NCBI RefSeq assembly: GCF_006345805.1
Contig: NC_042997.1
Coordinates: 177,816,001 to 177,880,000, forward strand
From: Octopus sinensis
Taxonomy: Eukaryota
Reading direction: 5' to 3'
DNA length: 64,000 nt
The translations under genes and the position numbers were made by a program. The notes under the pieces are model-generated. The model was given only the letters and a program-made list of their open reading frames with translations, was not told where the DNA came from and ran no database searches. Shown one piece after another: positions 36,346 through 49,173 of this stretch; position 1 is the stretch's first letter, and each line of letters begins with the position of its first letter.

Positions 36346-37581
36346 AGAAGGGGAATATTCTTTATGTTGTATGTCTCGTTTCTTTGTTGTTGTTTTTTCG
36401 TTGTTCGAAAAAAAGTTCGTTTTCTATGTTTTTGTTTTTATGTTTTCGTTTCTCATTGTGTTCAACGTTTTTTTTTTTATGTCCTGTACCTATATATGCA
36501 TGTAGATATACATATATATGTACGTATGTACATATATGTATGTATGTATATATGCATATATTTATATATTGTTTATATTATATATATACACACACACATA
36601 GTTGATTGATGGTACAGTGCAGAGCTGAAACAATAACAACGGAATAACTTCCAATATATACAAATTCTATAACTTGTATTCAATATTCAAGATTTCGTTT
36701 GTAAACAAAGGACTGAAAGAGAGAGGAGAGCGAGAGAGAAGGAGAGTGTGTGTGTATGAGCGCGAGAGAGAGAGAGAGAGAGATAATTAGTGGGAAGGGA
36801 AGGTCCAAATGCTAAAACGTGAAGAAATGGTAAACACTGGATGTGTTCCAGACTAGGAAGCAACACAGCTGTTACATTAAAAACAAAATTAGTCATCGAA
36901 CGCTAAGTTTTTTCGACATTGATTTACTTTTAATAAATATACTTGTTAACGATTTTAATTTCCACCCCACCCCCTCCACTCCTTTCTGGTTAGAAGACAT
37001 ATTTCAAAAGCATTGTGTTCTCGGTGAGTAATGATAAACAAACTGAGAAGTAAACAACTGAGATCTCGGTCAACAAAAACTTTGTTGTGAAAAACTATGA
37101 CGAATAGGGAACATCAAAAGCGACCTGTCAACAAACCAATCTTGCAAAGTAAATCATAAATAATACACACATATGTAGAAATAAATGTAAATTACGTATA
37201 CACACACACACACCTATATGTTTGGAAACAGTGGATCTCGAAGCATAAAACGCTATAAATAATACCATGTAAATATTGGACAGTCTTCAACAATATATCT
37301 TCGGTTGTCCATCGAAATTTTATGATGCCCACCCACTCAACGGTGAGACCATCGATGGCTAAAGCAAGTCTTATCTTGGAACCACGAGCACTGTAGGTGA
37401 AACTATGTATATACATATAGTGATGCAAACGGGAAAAATTAGAACTCAAAATATGAGTATATGTATATTTATATAATCATTTAGCGGAACTAACAGTGTC
37501 TCAAAGGTTGAGCGTTTGTTTCATTTATTGACACTTATCAAACTGGTTTGATTAGTGCCAACGCACGAATACTTGCTTCTG

Positions 37582-37619
<38 letters not shown>

Positions 37620-37899
37620 TATAGACACACGTATGCATATATGGGTACAGGACATCACCAACAGTAAACAACATGAAATACGAAATATATATATATATAT
37701 ATATATATATACCCACACGCATATAGAGTGTATGTGTATGCGTGCGTGACAAACATTAATTCATTGTGTGTTTGAAACAATGACTCTGCCAAAGACATCT
37801 AAAGAATAATTGAAATTCATTTCAAAAACTGTTAATAAAAAAAGTTTACGGAGTATAATTTAATGTGAAATTTATGAAAACAATATTATATATATATAT

Positions 37900-37986
37900 C
37901 AGTGGTTCATAACCTGTGGTCCGCGGACCCCTGGTCGTCCGCAAAGGTAGTATTGGGGTCCGTAGACTAAATTCAAAATTTCATAT

Positions 37987-38030
<44 letters not shown>

Positions 38031-38112
38031 ATAAGCATATTAAAAGAGGTTCTGTGGGAAAACTGGTTTAAATAAATGGGGTCCTTTATAGTGAAAAAGT
38101 TGGGAACGACTG
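37900..38112. mobile_element. hAT-like MITE
   Basis: CAGTGGTTcataacc ... gttgggaacgaCTG ends, in a TA-rich target. Confidence 0.75.
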
Positions 38113-38844
38113 ATATATAGGATAAATAACAGCAGAATGGGGAATGTGTATATCGTTATATATATATATACTTTTAATCTGCAACTAAATTTTTTAACGA
38201 ATGCATTCACTTTGAGAAGTATTAAGAATTTTAAAATTTATACAGATTTAAATAGCAGAAACAAAAAGAGTGATATGGGAAGTTAAATGAATATATATAC
38301 ATGTGATATAAAATAAAATTAAAACAAAAGGAATTTAACAGCTGACAAAGAAAATACTGAGGTAAATTTGAAAAGAAAAACTGTCTAATTATGAAAAGCT
38401 TTAAATGATATAAATAAATGATAATACGAGAAAAACTTTATATAACTTACATCGATATGGTAATTGAAAGTGTCACGATATATTTCGACATTATAACATA
38501 GTAGATACATAAAAGAAATGAAAATTTAGACGAAAGTGGACATTTCCTTCGTTATATAAGTAACGATATGTTTATCAAATCAGCTTTTGTTTTCTTTAAA
38601 TAGAAACATCCACAGCAGGAAGAAAATTGCTACGACACCGTTTCAGGGGGAGATAACCCAAGATTGCTGACAACAGCATGTCACATGTGGTGGATATTTT
38701 TATCGTAAATAGCATTAAAACGTATTTTACTTAGTTCATTCATTGGACTCCTGGGGTACCACCTTGAAGGGTTTAGTCGAACAAATCGCTCACAGTCCTT
38801 ATTTTTCTTTTCTCTCAGTCGGGTACTTATTCTACTCGCAATAC

Positions 38845-38995
38845 CAGAGGGCGCACACTCTCCTACCCTGATGTAATCTCCAGGGATACAGGCATCCAGC
38901 AACAGGACCTCCGTAATGACATGATGGACCGTGAAGTCTGGCGTAGCATGGTAAATTCCATTGTCTTGATGATGATGATGATGATGATGATGACT
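38845..38995 (+). mobile_element. RTE-type LINE extreme 3' end with (GAT)n tail
   Basis: TRGRTLSYPDVISRDTGIQQQDLRNDMMDREVWRSMVNSIV; same family as 54172-54500. Confidence 0.8.
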
Positions 38996-39410
38996 TATTC
39001 TATTGACTGCTTTCTACCGAATTGCTAAGTTACGAGGACGTAAACATACCTGCACTGATTGTCAAGCGGGGTGAAGGAGGATAAACAGAAAAGAAAAAAA
39101 AACATAGTATGTCCATATTTGAATTGCTTGGAAACATACAGCGCGCTATACAAGTTTGTCCGACCATCGTATTATCAAAATATGAAACTAATAACTCGCA
39201 TTTATATCACGACTGTGTTTATAAATATATGTGTGTGTGTGTTTACGACGGGCTTCTTCCAGTTTCCGTCAACTAAATCCACCCGCAAGGTCGGCCCGCG
39301 TCTGTTGTAAAAGAAAAAAAAACACTTGCCCAAGGTGTCACGCGTGAGATTGAACTCAAAATATTGTAGTTGGGAAGCAAACTTCTTACCACACTGCCAT
39401 ACTTGCGCCT
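38995..39410 (-). mobile_element. SINE family B, diverged
   Basis: gaattgctaagttac...acgggcttcttccagtttccgtc...cacttgcccaaggtg...cttaccacac. Confidence 0.75.
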
Positions 39411-39464
39411 ATAAGTAATATAAATTCTTCTAAGATTTTTTAAAAACTAATTATTTATTAAACT

Positions 39465-39965
39465 ACATAGCGATCTTTCGTCTCTAGTAGACCTTTCCGT
39501 CGATTTCCGTAAAAATTTTTTTTTTTTTTTTTTACATATGGGCTCGCAGGAACTTTTGAAGTAATATACATACATATACACATACACCGAGTAAAAAATT
39601 TCACTTATCTCTTTCTTTCACACATTACTCTGTCTCTTCACACACACTAACAGAAGCACTTCACTTACACAACATACTGTCTGTCTCCCACACCCCATCA
39701 AACACACACACACACATGTACATCAATGCTTCACATGCACGGTAACTTCAAAAGAACTTCCCTCGTCATACAATCGCTTTCTCTTAGTCTCTTTCGCTCT
39801 CATTACTTCAAAAGTTCCCGCAAGCCCAGAGAACGCAATTTACAAAAGTTAGAGTAAGGAAAAAAGGGGAACAAATAAAATGGCACACATACTCTCAGTT
39901 ATATATACTCTACCAAAAGATACCGAAGTTTCCCCTCAAAGAATTTTTTGAAGTAACTTATAACA
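39465..39965. mobile_element. Unclassified DNA element with dispersed inverted TTTTGAAGTAA motifs
   Basis: Motif at ~39555 and ~39947 (forward) and ~39745 and ~39803 (reverse); longer inverted pair gggctcgcaggaacttttgaagtaat / attacttcaaaagttcccgcaagccc. Confidence 0.45.
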
Positions 39966-40254
39966 AGGCTTTTCCGTAGGTGGTCGGGAGGCTGAAGCGC
40001 TGAAACAGCCAATCGGTCTCGTGAGCATCATTTGATTCTTCAGGGAAACAGCATTCTAACGATGACAAAACTTAGTTGTCAGGGTAGCATCCCTTACGAA
40101 CGTCGCAAATGGCAACAGGTAGAAGCAATCAGCGACCAATTATTATATTTCAGTATGTTATTGCGTTCATCTACGGACGCAGTAATTTCCACTTACACCA
40201 CAGCAGAAATGATAGAGAAAGAGTCGTTCAATAGTGTCGTCCCGTTTGAGAAAA

Positions 40255-40545
40255 CCCAGTGATAATGAATGTCTTAATCATCACACCTCTCCCATTGGTT
40301 CCAGAATTGAGGGTAAAGGGCTCTACTCCCCTTTTGACCAGGCTTTTATGGGTTTTTCCACGAGTAACCATTCGAAGCGCCTCCCCCTATTGGGAATTTC
40401 AATTGTTATTTTTTCGTTGTTATCTCTAGAATTTTTACACGGTTTTTTGCAAACGGACAAAACCCTTTGTAACTTTAGTCCTGTGTATTGTCCCTTTATG
40501 TTTTAATTATTTTTGTCAGCCCTTGTGACCAATAAACGAATTAAT
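40255..40545 (+). mobile_element. Probable LINE 3' UTR fragment sharing the SINE C tail
   Basis: Ends gtccctt...cagcccttgtgaccaataaacgaa followed by an AT-rich tail. Confidence 0.45.
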
Positions 40546-40944
40546 TATTATAAAGTTGATATTGCCCCATATTCAGCACTGTCCAGGCGGGGGAATAAGC
40601 ACCTCTTACCGCATTCTTGTTATGTTTTTGTTTTTTAGTTTTTTAAAACTTTTTGGTTCGAATTCATGTTTTCAGCAACGAAGATTATGATTTTGCAAGA
40701 AAAAAATAATAATAACCTCTGATTCCAATTCTTAATTATTAAAGAGAAATGGTGAGTCCATATTCCTCTTTTAAATCTAATTTCATACATGTATCCACGT
40801 TACATCTCTGGGTATCGTGAAGTGATGGTAAACTTCCAACTAGCTGAGTATTGTTAATACAATCACAAGCGAGTATGGTTTGGTTACATGTACTTATGCT
40901 CTTTTGTTTATGTAATGACCTGCAAACAGACAATCTCTTGGCTC

Positions 40945-41150
40945 CCCTCACTAATGATTCAGCCGGACGTCCAGGATGTGACAGAGAGGAAAGAAGCCAG
41001 CATCAGACCCCTAGCTGGTACTCTTTACAGCCAAGACAGGAGAAATGTGAAATGAAATACCTTGCTCAAGGGTGCAATGCACCACTTGGTCCAGAAATTG
41101 AACCCATTACATTATGATCATGACCCAAACACCCTAATCACTAAGCCGCA
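40945..41150 (-). mobile_element. SINE family E
   Basis: Minus strand cttagtgattagggtg head; ccttgagcaaggtatttcatttcac core. Confidence 0.65.
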
Positions 41151-41374
41151 TGATATCATCACATTTCTTTACATAGTTGTGACTCTTTCCCTTTAATTCT
41201 GGTACTTTCCATTTGCAACCATATTCAATACTTTATAAGAGATGCCCTCAACATTCCACATAAGGACAGTCTTCATTTTTGGCTATTGACTCATTAATAC
41301 TGACCTGACCATATTTCCAATGAAACTCATCGTGCTTCAATTAATTTTGAAAATAGTCAAGAAGTGCCCTGCCT

Positions 41375-42006
41375 GTGACTAACATTGGTGATCAACGCAG
41401 TGTGGATGAGCTCCGCATCTCCATTGCACTCAGAGTGGGCACCGACGTATGTGGAGAACTGAGATGTCGATGTAGTAGGCTTCTCGATTCAACAGGCCAT
41501 CGTGGCTTGTCTTGCTGCCTAAATGCTGGTCGTTTCGCTCGTCACACCAAGCCAATTTAAATCATTAAGCGAGCCCTGGCTCGGGTTAATACCCCCTCAG
41601 TTCTGGAGCCTGCGGGATTATCCAGAAGTGATGGGAAGAGACCAGATGGTGTTACTCTTTGCCTCTGGGTAAGAGGTAGGTGTCTCATCTGGGATGCCAG
41701 TCTGTGACTCTTTTGTTCCCTCCCACATCCTGGATGCTGCGGTAAATGGTCACTGCTTCCGTAGCCGAACAGAACAAAATTCTTAAGTATCAGGACGTGT
41801 CAGTGAACCGTTTCTTCCAGCTAGTGACGCTTGAGACATTTAGAAAGGCTGGACCGCTAACAAAGACGTTGTCATCGCTGGCGGCTCGTCTTACCGAAGT
41901 GTCAGGTGATACCTATGAGAGTGCTTGGCTTCTCCAATGCTTTAGCCACGCCATTGCTCGTGATAATAGCGAGAGCGTGCTGGCTTGCTTCAGTAGAATC
42001 CGTTAA
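41375..42006 (+). mobile_element. CRE-clade non-LTR retrotransposon C-terminus (zinc knuckle and restriction-like endonuclease), disrupted
   Basis: ELRISIALRVG...CRC...GH..LSC...GRFARH; after a stop IIKRAL...[31 protein letters not shown]; then K..KY...FFQLVTLET...AIARDNSESVL; one stop and two frameshifts. Confidence 0.85.
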
Positions 42007-42096
42007 ACCTTGCATTGACGTTTTTTTTTTTTCTTCCTTCTTTCGTCCGCTTTTTCTTCTTTATTTTCTTTCTTCGGTTTGGGATTTATATTTGAA

Positions 42097-42484
42097 CTAG
42101 CAGTATCGCCCGGCGTTGCTCGAGTTTGTAAGGGAAATAACTATATAAGCATTTTTAGAGAGTTATAGCCAAAAAAATGCATTAAAAATGGAAAGAAAAT
42201 GATGGTAAATGTTTTTAAAAATCGTTGACTCATCGTAGACATTTTTAGAGAGTTACTTCCCTTATATAATAACGAAAAAATGCATTAAAATGGAAAAAAA
42301 TGATGGTAAATTTTTTTTTAAATCGTAGACTCATCGTAGACGCGCGCTAATACCCAGAAGGGCTCGATATGAATCACGACTATAAGATACCCGGTTTTGG
42401 TTAAACTGCACCGCAAAATGTGGGAGTAGTTAGGAATCTAAATCGTAGGAGACAGACACACAACTTGACTTTTATATATAAAGA
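42097..42484 (-). mobile_element. Non-autonomous Helitron, intact termini
   Basis: Minus strand A|TCtttatatataaaag ... tcgagcaacgccgggcgatactgCTAG|T: TC start, GC-rich subterminal segment, CTAG end, AT target, no TSD. Confidence 0.88.
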
Positions 42485-43689
42485 TATGATTTTGTATCAT
42501 ATATGTATTATATACATACGTGTTATATATATTGAAATAAGATTTTAAATATTATGTACCAGAATTTTTTTTAATCAAGTAATTAGAAAAATTTATTAAA
42601 ATAAATGTCCGTTTTATAGCAGATGTTTGGAACATGAATGAATCAAACTTTAAAAGGAAAATTTAATGAAAGATGTTATTATTTTAGAATTGGTTAGTTT
42701 GCATTGTAGAACCAAACAGTTCTCATGCAAGTTCGAATGAAATGGGTTGAAGTGCATGGTGTAATTTTATTCATAATATTCATCTTTTACCTACAATGAA
42801 ATTAGAAGTGTCCAAATATTTCCCAAAGACATTCTATGAATAAACCAAGGATATCAAAGCGGAGGTAAAGAATACGCACACCACCCATATTCGGCGTAAC
42901 CCTAAACACCTGGTGTGGTTATACTTTACCTTCGCCAGAAATAAAATGCCAAGAAGAGAGCCTCAATCTGCTAAATTTTCTTTGATTTTTCAATGGATAA
43001 TATAGTCTTTGATATACGATGTTTGAAAAACAAAAGTTGACGAGGTAGTAATATTTTGAATTCCTTTTCATCATGGGTCTGTTTCGCTAGAATTACTCTA
43101 GGGAAGTGTCTAAATAAGATTATTTATAAATCTTTTGAGGAAATGGAAGGCAGAGCATTCTGTAATGGCTATAACGAAAGTAGCTATTTTCTTCGGTTAT
43201 TCAAGTTGCTTCAATTGATCAATAGAATAATTTAGTAAACCTGTCAGTAATGTACCTATAATAATTACTAGAAACAGCTGTAAGCCAAATTTGCTCCAAG
43301 TTATAACAAGCAGAGTACTGGAGGAATGGCTGAAATTTTGAAATGCTTTATTTGTGCGTAAATACAATAAATATTCTGCATCTGTCCCCTTGGAACGAAA
43401 GTAGCAATACATTACAAAAACAAATTGTAAGGAAATGAAATGAAATATAAATATATTTGACGCGAGAATTAATGAAGAATATATTGAGGCCGATACTACT
43501 GAAGTAAAATTTTCGGGTTTAAACCGAAATTTGAAAGATTTCTTTGGCAGTAAATGGATTGTAGATATTCAACAAAATTCTTCTATTTTTGAACTATGAA
43601 ATACTGTAAGTTCGTGTTTTTTTTTAAAAATAATCAAATCATTCCGTCTACTATAGGCACAAGTGTCTGCAATTTTATGTGAGGCGGCT

Positions 43690-43810
43690 AGTCGTACATC
43701 GATCCCAGCACTAGTACTTCTTTCATAATCCCTAAAAGGATGAAAGGCAAAATCGGCCTCGGTGAAATTTTCAACCCAGAACGTAAAGCATGCTAACAAT
43801 TTCGCTAGCT
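43690..43810 (-). mobile_element. SINE family C fragment
   Basis: aaaggatgaaaggcaaaatcggcctcgg core. Confidence 0.65.
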
Positions 43811-43914
43811 AACCACATTCTTAATAATTATTATTTCTACTGTAGGCACAAAGCCTGAAAATTTGTAAGAGGGGGACTAGTTGATAACATCGATCCTGGA
43901 ATTTAAACTTAGAA

Positions 43915-44757
43915 CGTAAAGCTGGAAGAAATACCTATTTCTTTATTACCCACAAGGGGCTAAACACAGAGGGGACAAACAAGGACAGACACACGGATTA
44001 AGTCGACCTCGGCGGAATTTGAACTCAGAACGTAGCGGCAGACGAAATACCTATTTCTTTATTACCCACAAGGGGCTAAACTGGTACTTATTTAATCGAC
44101 CTCGAAAGGATGAAAGGCAAAGTCGACCTCGGCGGAATATGAACTCAGAACGTAACGGCAGACCAAATACCTATTTCTTTATTACCTACAAGGGGCTAAA
44201 CATAGAGGGGACAGACAAACGGATTAAGTCAATTACATCGACCCCAGTGCGTAACTGGTACTTAATTTATCGACCCCGAAAGGATGAAAGGCAAAGTCGA
44301 CCTCGGCGGAATTTGAACTCAGAACGTAGTAGCGGCAGACGAAATACCTATTTCTTTATTACCCACAAGGGGCTAAACATAGAGGGGACAGACAAACAGA
44401 TTAAGTCAATTACATCGATCCCAGTGCGTAACTGGTACTTAATTTATCGACCCCGAAAGGATGAAAGGCAAAGTCGACGGAATTTGAGCTCAGAACGTTG
44501 TAGCGGCAGACGAAATACCTATTTCTTTATTACCCACAAGGGGCTAAACACAGAGGGGACAAACAAGGACAGACATAGGTATTAAGTCGATTACATCGAT
44601 CCCCAGTGCTTAACTGGTACTTAATTCATCGACCCCGAAAGGATGAAAGGCAAAGTCGACCTCGGCGGAATTTGAACTCAGAACGTAGTAGCGGCAGACG
44701 AAATACCGCTAAGCATTCTATTCAACGCGTTAATAATTCAGCCAACTCGCCGCCTTA
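43915..44757 (-). repeat. Tandem array of five SINE C bodies behind one head
   Basis: Units begin aaatacctatttcttta at ~43929, 44045, 44166, 44342 and 44513; a single head ends at ~44757. Confidence 0.9.
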
Positions 44758-44849
44758 ATAAATAAATAAATAATCAAATTGGAAGACCAAAATGGTAAAT
44801 ACAGATATAAAAAGTTGATCAAACATTGCCTAAGGGAGCTAACTATCAT

Positions 44850-45049
44850 CATTTCCGGTTTACTGATTCGATCAACGCCGGTAAACATTGTATGTTTTGT
44901 GCTGACATGTCAACTACCTCGACAGAATATTTTGATAAAATGATTATCCTTATTGGCATTTACCAGGTATTTTGAACCACCTAATGTCAAATGATACACA
45001 CAAGGTATATATACCAAATGTATATTTTTTATAAATTAATTTTATCGTG
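44850..45049 (+). promoter_or_regulatory. Putative ATMIN promoter and non-coding first exon
   Basis: ETS-like TTCCGG near 44855, CpG-rich, donor GTG|gtaagt at 45050 (alternative donor at 45327). The acceptor at 48939 requires an upstream exon. Confidence 0.3.
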
Positions 45050-46519
45050 GTAAGTAAATTAAGATAATGGATTTAATATCAACTACGACGTAGGATTATT
45101 ATTGTGGTAGTGATGATTATCGTAGATGAAATATATCTTTAATTGCGTTTTTTCACGCCACGATATTATGAATTCAACTTTACTAACGACTAAATATTTT
45201 ATAACTTTAACTTTTTGATAATTTTTTGTAATAATAATTATTTATAATTTCGAATTTTCACTACAAGAACAGACCAAAAAAAAAAAGAAAAAAAATTGAA
45301 ATTTCTGTGTACAATGATGCATAGAAGTAAGGTTTCATTGATTTATGAAAAATGCATAAGAACTAGTCATGTGGATATAGGTTCTTCAGAAGATGACTTG
45401 CATTTACTCATGAAAATTCCACAGAAAACATCGAAATCAAAAATAGGGGGCGGGGTACAATATTATTCGAGTGTAAAAAAAAAAAAGGAAGTGGGTAAGG
45501 AAATAAAATATGTTACTGATTTTTACGCACAAAATTAGGGTCATATATATATATCCGAGATCGAATAATTAAATAAGATAAACTAGAGGCCACACAACCG
45601 AATTAGGGGATCTGAGAATAGAATGGAACAACTCCAAAGCCAGACTGGATTGCTTGTAAAAGAAATTTTAAAAATTAGGTAAATTATTATTGCAAAGCAT
45701 AAGCAAGGCTATATAAGAGAAGGGAATAAAATCGAATGAATTGTTTCCGTAACCCACGCTGGTACTTATGTTTTGTGAAATGCGTAGGGATTTGAATGCA
45801 AAACATCAAAAGACGAATGAAGTAGCATTAAGCAGAGTCCGAAACTGTGCTTAGTAACATTCATGTGATTAGTAAGGTGATAAATTATTTTGGTGGGGCT
45901 TATTTGTATAGGTTATGCAAGTCCTTCGTTGAATTTTTTTTTTTTTTTTTTTTAAATGATCAATATCAAATCCAGTTAAAGCGGCGTTCGATAGAAGCAC
46001 ATAATTATAACCGTAATCAAAGTAATTCAGTGGTAGTAGTCGGTTGAGCATTTCATTCCCTTAACTGGGATAACTTCAATTAAATGTAAATTTCCCTATC
46101 AAAACATTGGGTCATTTGCCTACCGTTGTCATTCTTCAAATGTCTCTGGAACTTCAAGCGTTCACCTAAAGCACGTAGAGACTGAAGGAATCGTTACTTT
46201 CACCAACATCCATGTCTGCTTGTACCAGAACGGTCAAATTCGCAGAATCTGGAAATTGTTTAAGATTATAACAATTCTAAAGCCCAACAAAAACTCAAGT
46301 GAAGTAGCATTACACTAAACTCGACCCATCAGCCTGCTATGCACACCCTAAAAAAAAATTCTAAAAAAGCTCATCCTTGACAACGCTAAATCACACCTTT
46401 CTGAATTAGAACTTGGGTTGAGACCACTACGATACTGACAAACTTAACAGAAAAATACTTGTCAGATTTGATAACAGAAAATCCCCACCCACATGCATCA
46501 TCCTAACTTCCATCTACAT

Positions 46520-46829
46520 CAATGGTTCTCAACCAGGATTCATGTAAGGCTTTTGGGGTTCCTTGCAAGCGAAATAATAAATTGAGGCTCCACAGTTGTA
46601 TTTTAGGGGTCCATGAAAAAAATTTGGTTTAGATGTATTTATTGCAAGAAACTGATGGGTTTCTTTCCCTAACGTTTTACATATTTCAGCTTAACCTAGT
46701 TAATGTGTGAAAAACAAAATAGGGATTTTGAAATAAGTATGTATAAAGCTAGTTTTTTAACATCAAATGGCTATGGGGTTCACCAGAATAAAATAGTAAT
46801 CAAAGGGGTCCATTATTTGAGAAACACTG
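46520..46829. mobile_element. hAT-like MITE
   Basis: caatggttctcaacc ... tttgagaaacactg ends. Confidence 0.65.
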
Positions 46830-46850
46830 ATTTAGCCTAAATTTGAGACA

Positions 46851-47076
46851 CCAGCAAAAGACGGATTTCGACTGATGTACTTGCGTGTACAAATGCACGT
46901 TCCTACGGCTTTATTGATTGCATTCTCGCCTGGAATCGATTTTTGTAATTTTTTCAAGACTTATACACGCCCTGATACCGTTAGTATCTACATATCAAAT
47001 TTGAGTGCAATCGGATGGAGGATGCCCGAGATCCTAGAAGACACACACACAGACAGAATGGATTTTATATAATAGA
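46851..47076 (-). mobile_element. Non-autonomous Helitron-like element
   Basis: Minus strand 5' A|TCtattatataaaatcc...(tg)n; degenerate 3' end ctgg|t. Confidence 0.55.
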
Positions 47077-48639
47077 TATCTCATGTTCAGATGGGCCAGA
47101 TCTGGCCTCTTACACTGTCATTCTAAAAATAAGGAATCACATCAAAATCTCAAAGCCATAGGATAATGCATGATTTATACAAAACAGTGTGAATAAATAT
47201 TACATTTTGACAGAGTAACTTGAATGCTTAAGGTTAAGTGATATTGTTAAGGACACTGTTAGTAGGGTTAGTCTCTTAGTTTGAGTGATCAGAGAAGGTT
47301 CTTGTATTTGGTAATTCTGTGTACATAGTACTGAGGTAGGTGGAATGGCCAAAGAGGTATTTTTGTGGGGTGGGGGGCAGGAATTTGGAAGTAGAACAAA
47401 CAGCAAACAGATGACTTCATTAGCAGGAATGTTACTTATAATGCCTCTTGGTTGTGGAATGGTGGGTAAGAAAGAGGGCTCTGCAAAGTTAGTGAAGACC
47501 TGCTGGGCTTATAAGAAAATTCCTTTTGCAAGTTGAGAGACAAAAGAAATTGCAAGTTATAAATTCATAATTTTTTTTTTTTTCAACTTATAGTTCACTT
47601 GGTCAGTTAACTACTCCCCCCAGTTGGTGATAGACCATCAGGAGGGGTATAGGAGTTTGTCTAGGTACTGTACTATACACTGTTTTATGCCTATGTTGCA
47701 ATGGTTTGATGGAATATGATACTTCAGCTATTGAAGAAAGCAGTGAGCTGCAACACAGCTACTTAGCTGAGTTTCTGATACTCTGGGTTTTATGCAATTA
47801 AAATCTACTTTGGATTATGTTTAAAACTTTAGTTTTATTGCAATACTTTCTTTCTTCATGTGTATGGTGTTTTTTTGTTGTTGTTTTTTTGCCAGTCATA
47901 AACCCATATCAACTGTACTTGCATTGTCACTTTGTTAGATAATAGATATGTACTTTGTAATTAACAAACATACACAATCTGTGGATGTGAGTGCACAAAC
48001 AACAATTTTAATGACATCATAAAAATGACAGCAATTTAAAGAATTTTCCTCATAGTTTTTAGTATCGTTTTCCTTGTTTATTATCATTTATAGAATTTCG
48101 ACTATTCCCTGGATTGAGGTTATTTATATTGCATTTCCTTTTCACAGCTCTGAAGAAAATGTGATCATTTGACTTTAATTATTCAGTGTAAGTTCCTGAT
48201 CATTTTGAAATAATTATCTTCAGATTTGTTTTATGTTACATACAAGCAAATAATACCATGCACACACATACACACACACAATTTTATGAAAAAGAATTTC
48301 TTTACATTCAAACTTCAAATCTTCTATTTCATCAATATCTAACTGTGTGTGTATGTGTGTAAGTATATGTGTTTGTATGCATGTATGTATGTGTGTGTAT
48401 GTATGTATCTACTTACTTGCTTGTTGGAATGGAGACAATGTAGGATAAAGAGAACATTCTAGCCTTGTTGGGGGCCAGGCAACCTCTTGAATCCAAATTT
48501 CATGTTTAAAAGTCATCCAGTGCAACCTGTAAAGTGATAGATGAACAAACAGAGACAACATTGAGTAGAGAGCACTCATTAGTCTTACTGAAGACAAGAC
48601 AACCCTTCTAGTTCTGGTGCTATGATAAAATGTACCCAA

Positions 48640-48830
48640 TGTTCTCGGTAACATGCTTTACAACAGGAAGGGTATCCAGTTGTGGAAAGCATGTCAAAAA
48701 TGGAATATATGAGTGAGGTTTGGCCTTTAACTTGTCTAGGAAGGCTGAAATCCAAATAGGAACTGGCCCAGACCATAATGACTCCTCAAACCCATGCCAA
48801 CATAGGATAGCAGGCATAAAATGATGATGC
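48640..48830 (+). mobile_element. SINE family A variant, old
   Basis: aggaagggtatccagttgtggaaa...acccatgccaacat...aaatgatgatg. Confidence 0.6.
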
Positions 48831-48982
48831 ATATGCATGTACACATACATTCATACAGTTTTTGTTTTATCTTACCCCACTTCCTCCACCATGCACTGTT
48901 ATATATAATATCATGGTAATCCTTACAAATGATTTCAGGTAAACGGTCAGTTATCTGATGCTGTATATCTGCTACAAGAAGG

Positions 48983-49135
48983 ATGGTCAGCAGCGTAATT
49001 AAAGTGTGTCCTAACCCTGAAGAATTGTCTGTTGTCCGAGTGAACATTCCATGTCCAGTATACGGCTGCTCAAGCATCTTACCTCATGCAGGCTCTCTAC
49101 GTATTCACCTTTCAAAAACCCACAGAATAACAGAG
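48983..49135 (+). CDS. ATMIN: ATMIN/ASCIZ coding exon 1 (start codon, zinc finger 1)
   Basis: Acceptor gatttcag|G at 48939, in-frame stop upstream, ATG in gaAggATGG context, 51 codons ending ...CPVYGCSSILPHAGSLRIHLSKTHRITE, donor GAG|gtaagt (phase 0). Confidence 0.9.
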
Positions 49136-49173
49136 GTAAGTGAATTACTTTATCATATTTGGACAGTTTATAA

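Noticed and set aside
37000-38680. Plus-strand donor (37024, gtgagt) and acceptor (~38603) suggesting an intergenic spliced lncRNA
   Set aside because: Isolated splice-like motifs are expected by chance, and there is no other support without RNA data.
43444-43599. 52-codon open frame that looks protein-like (IFDARINEEYIEAD...)
   Set aside because: No start codon, no splice signals and no recognisable homology.
44019-44585. 188-aa repetitive ORF
   Set aside because: It is the antisense translation of the tandem SINE C array.
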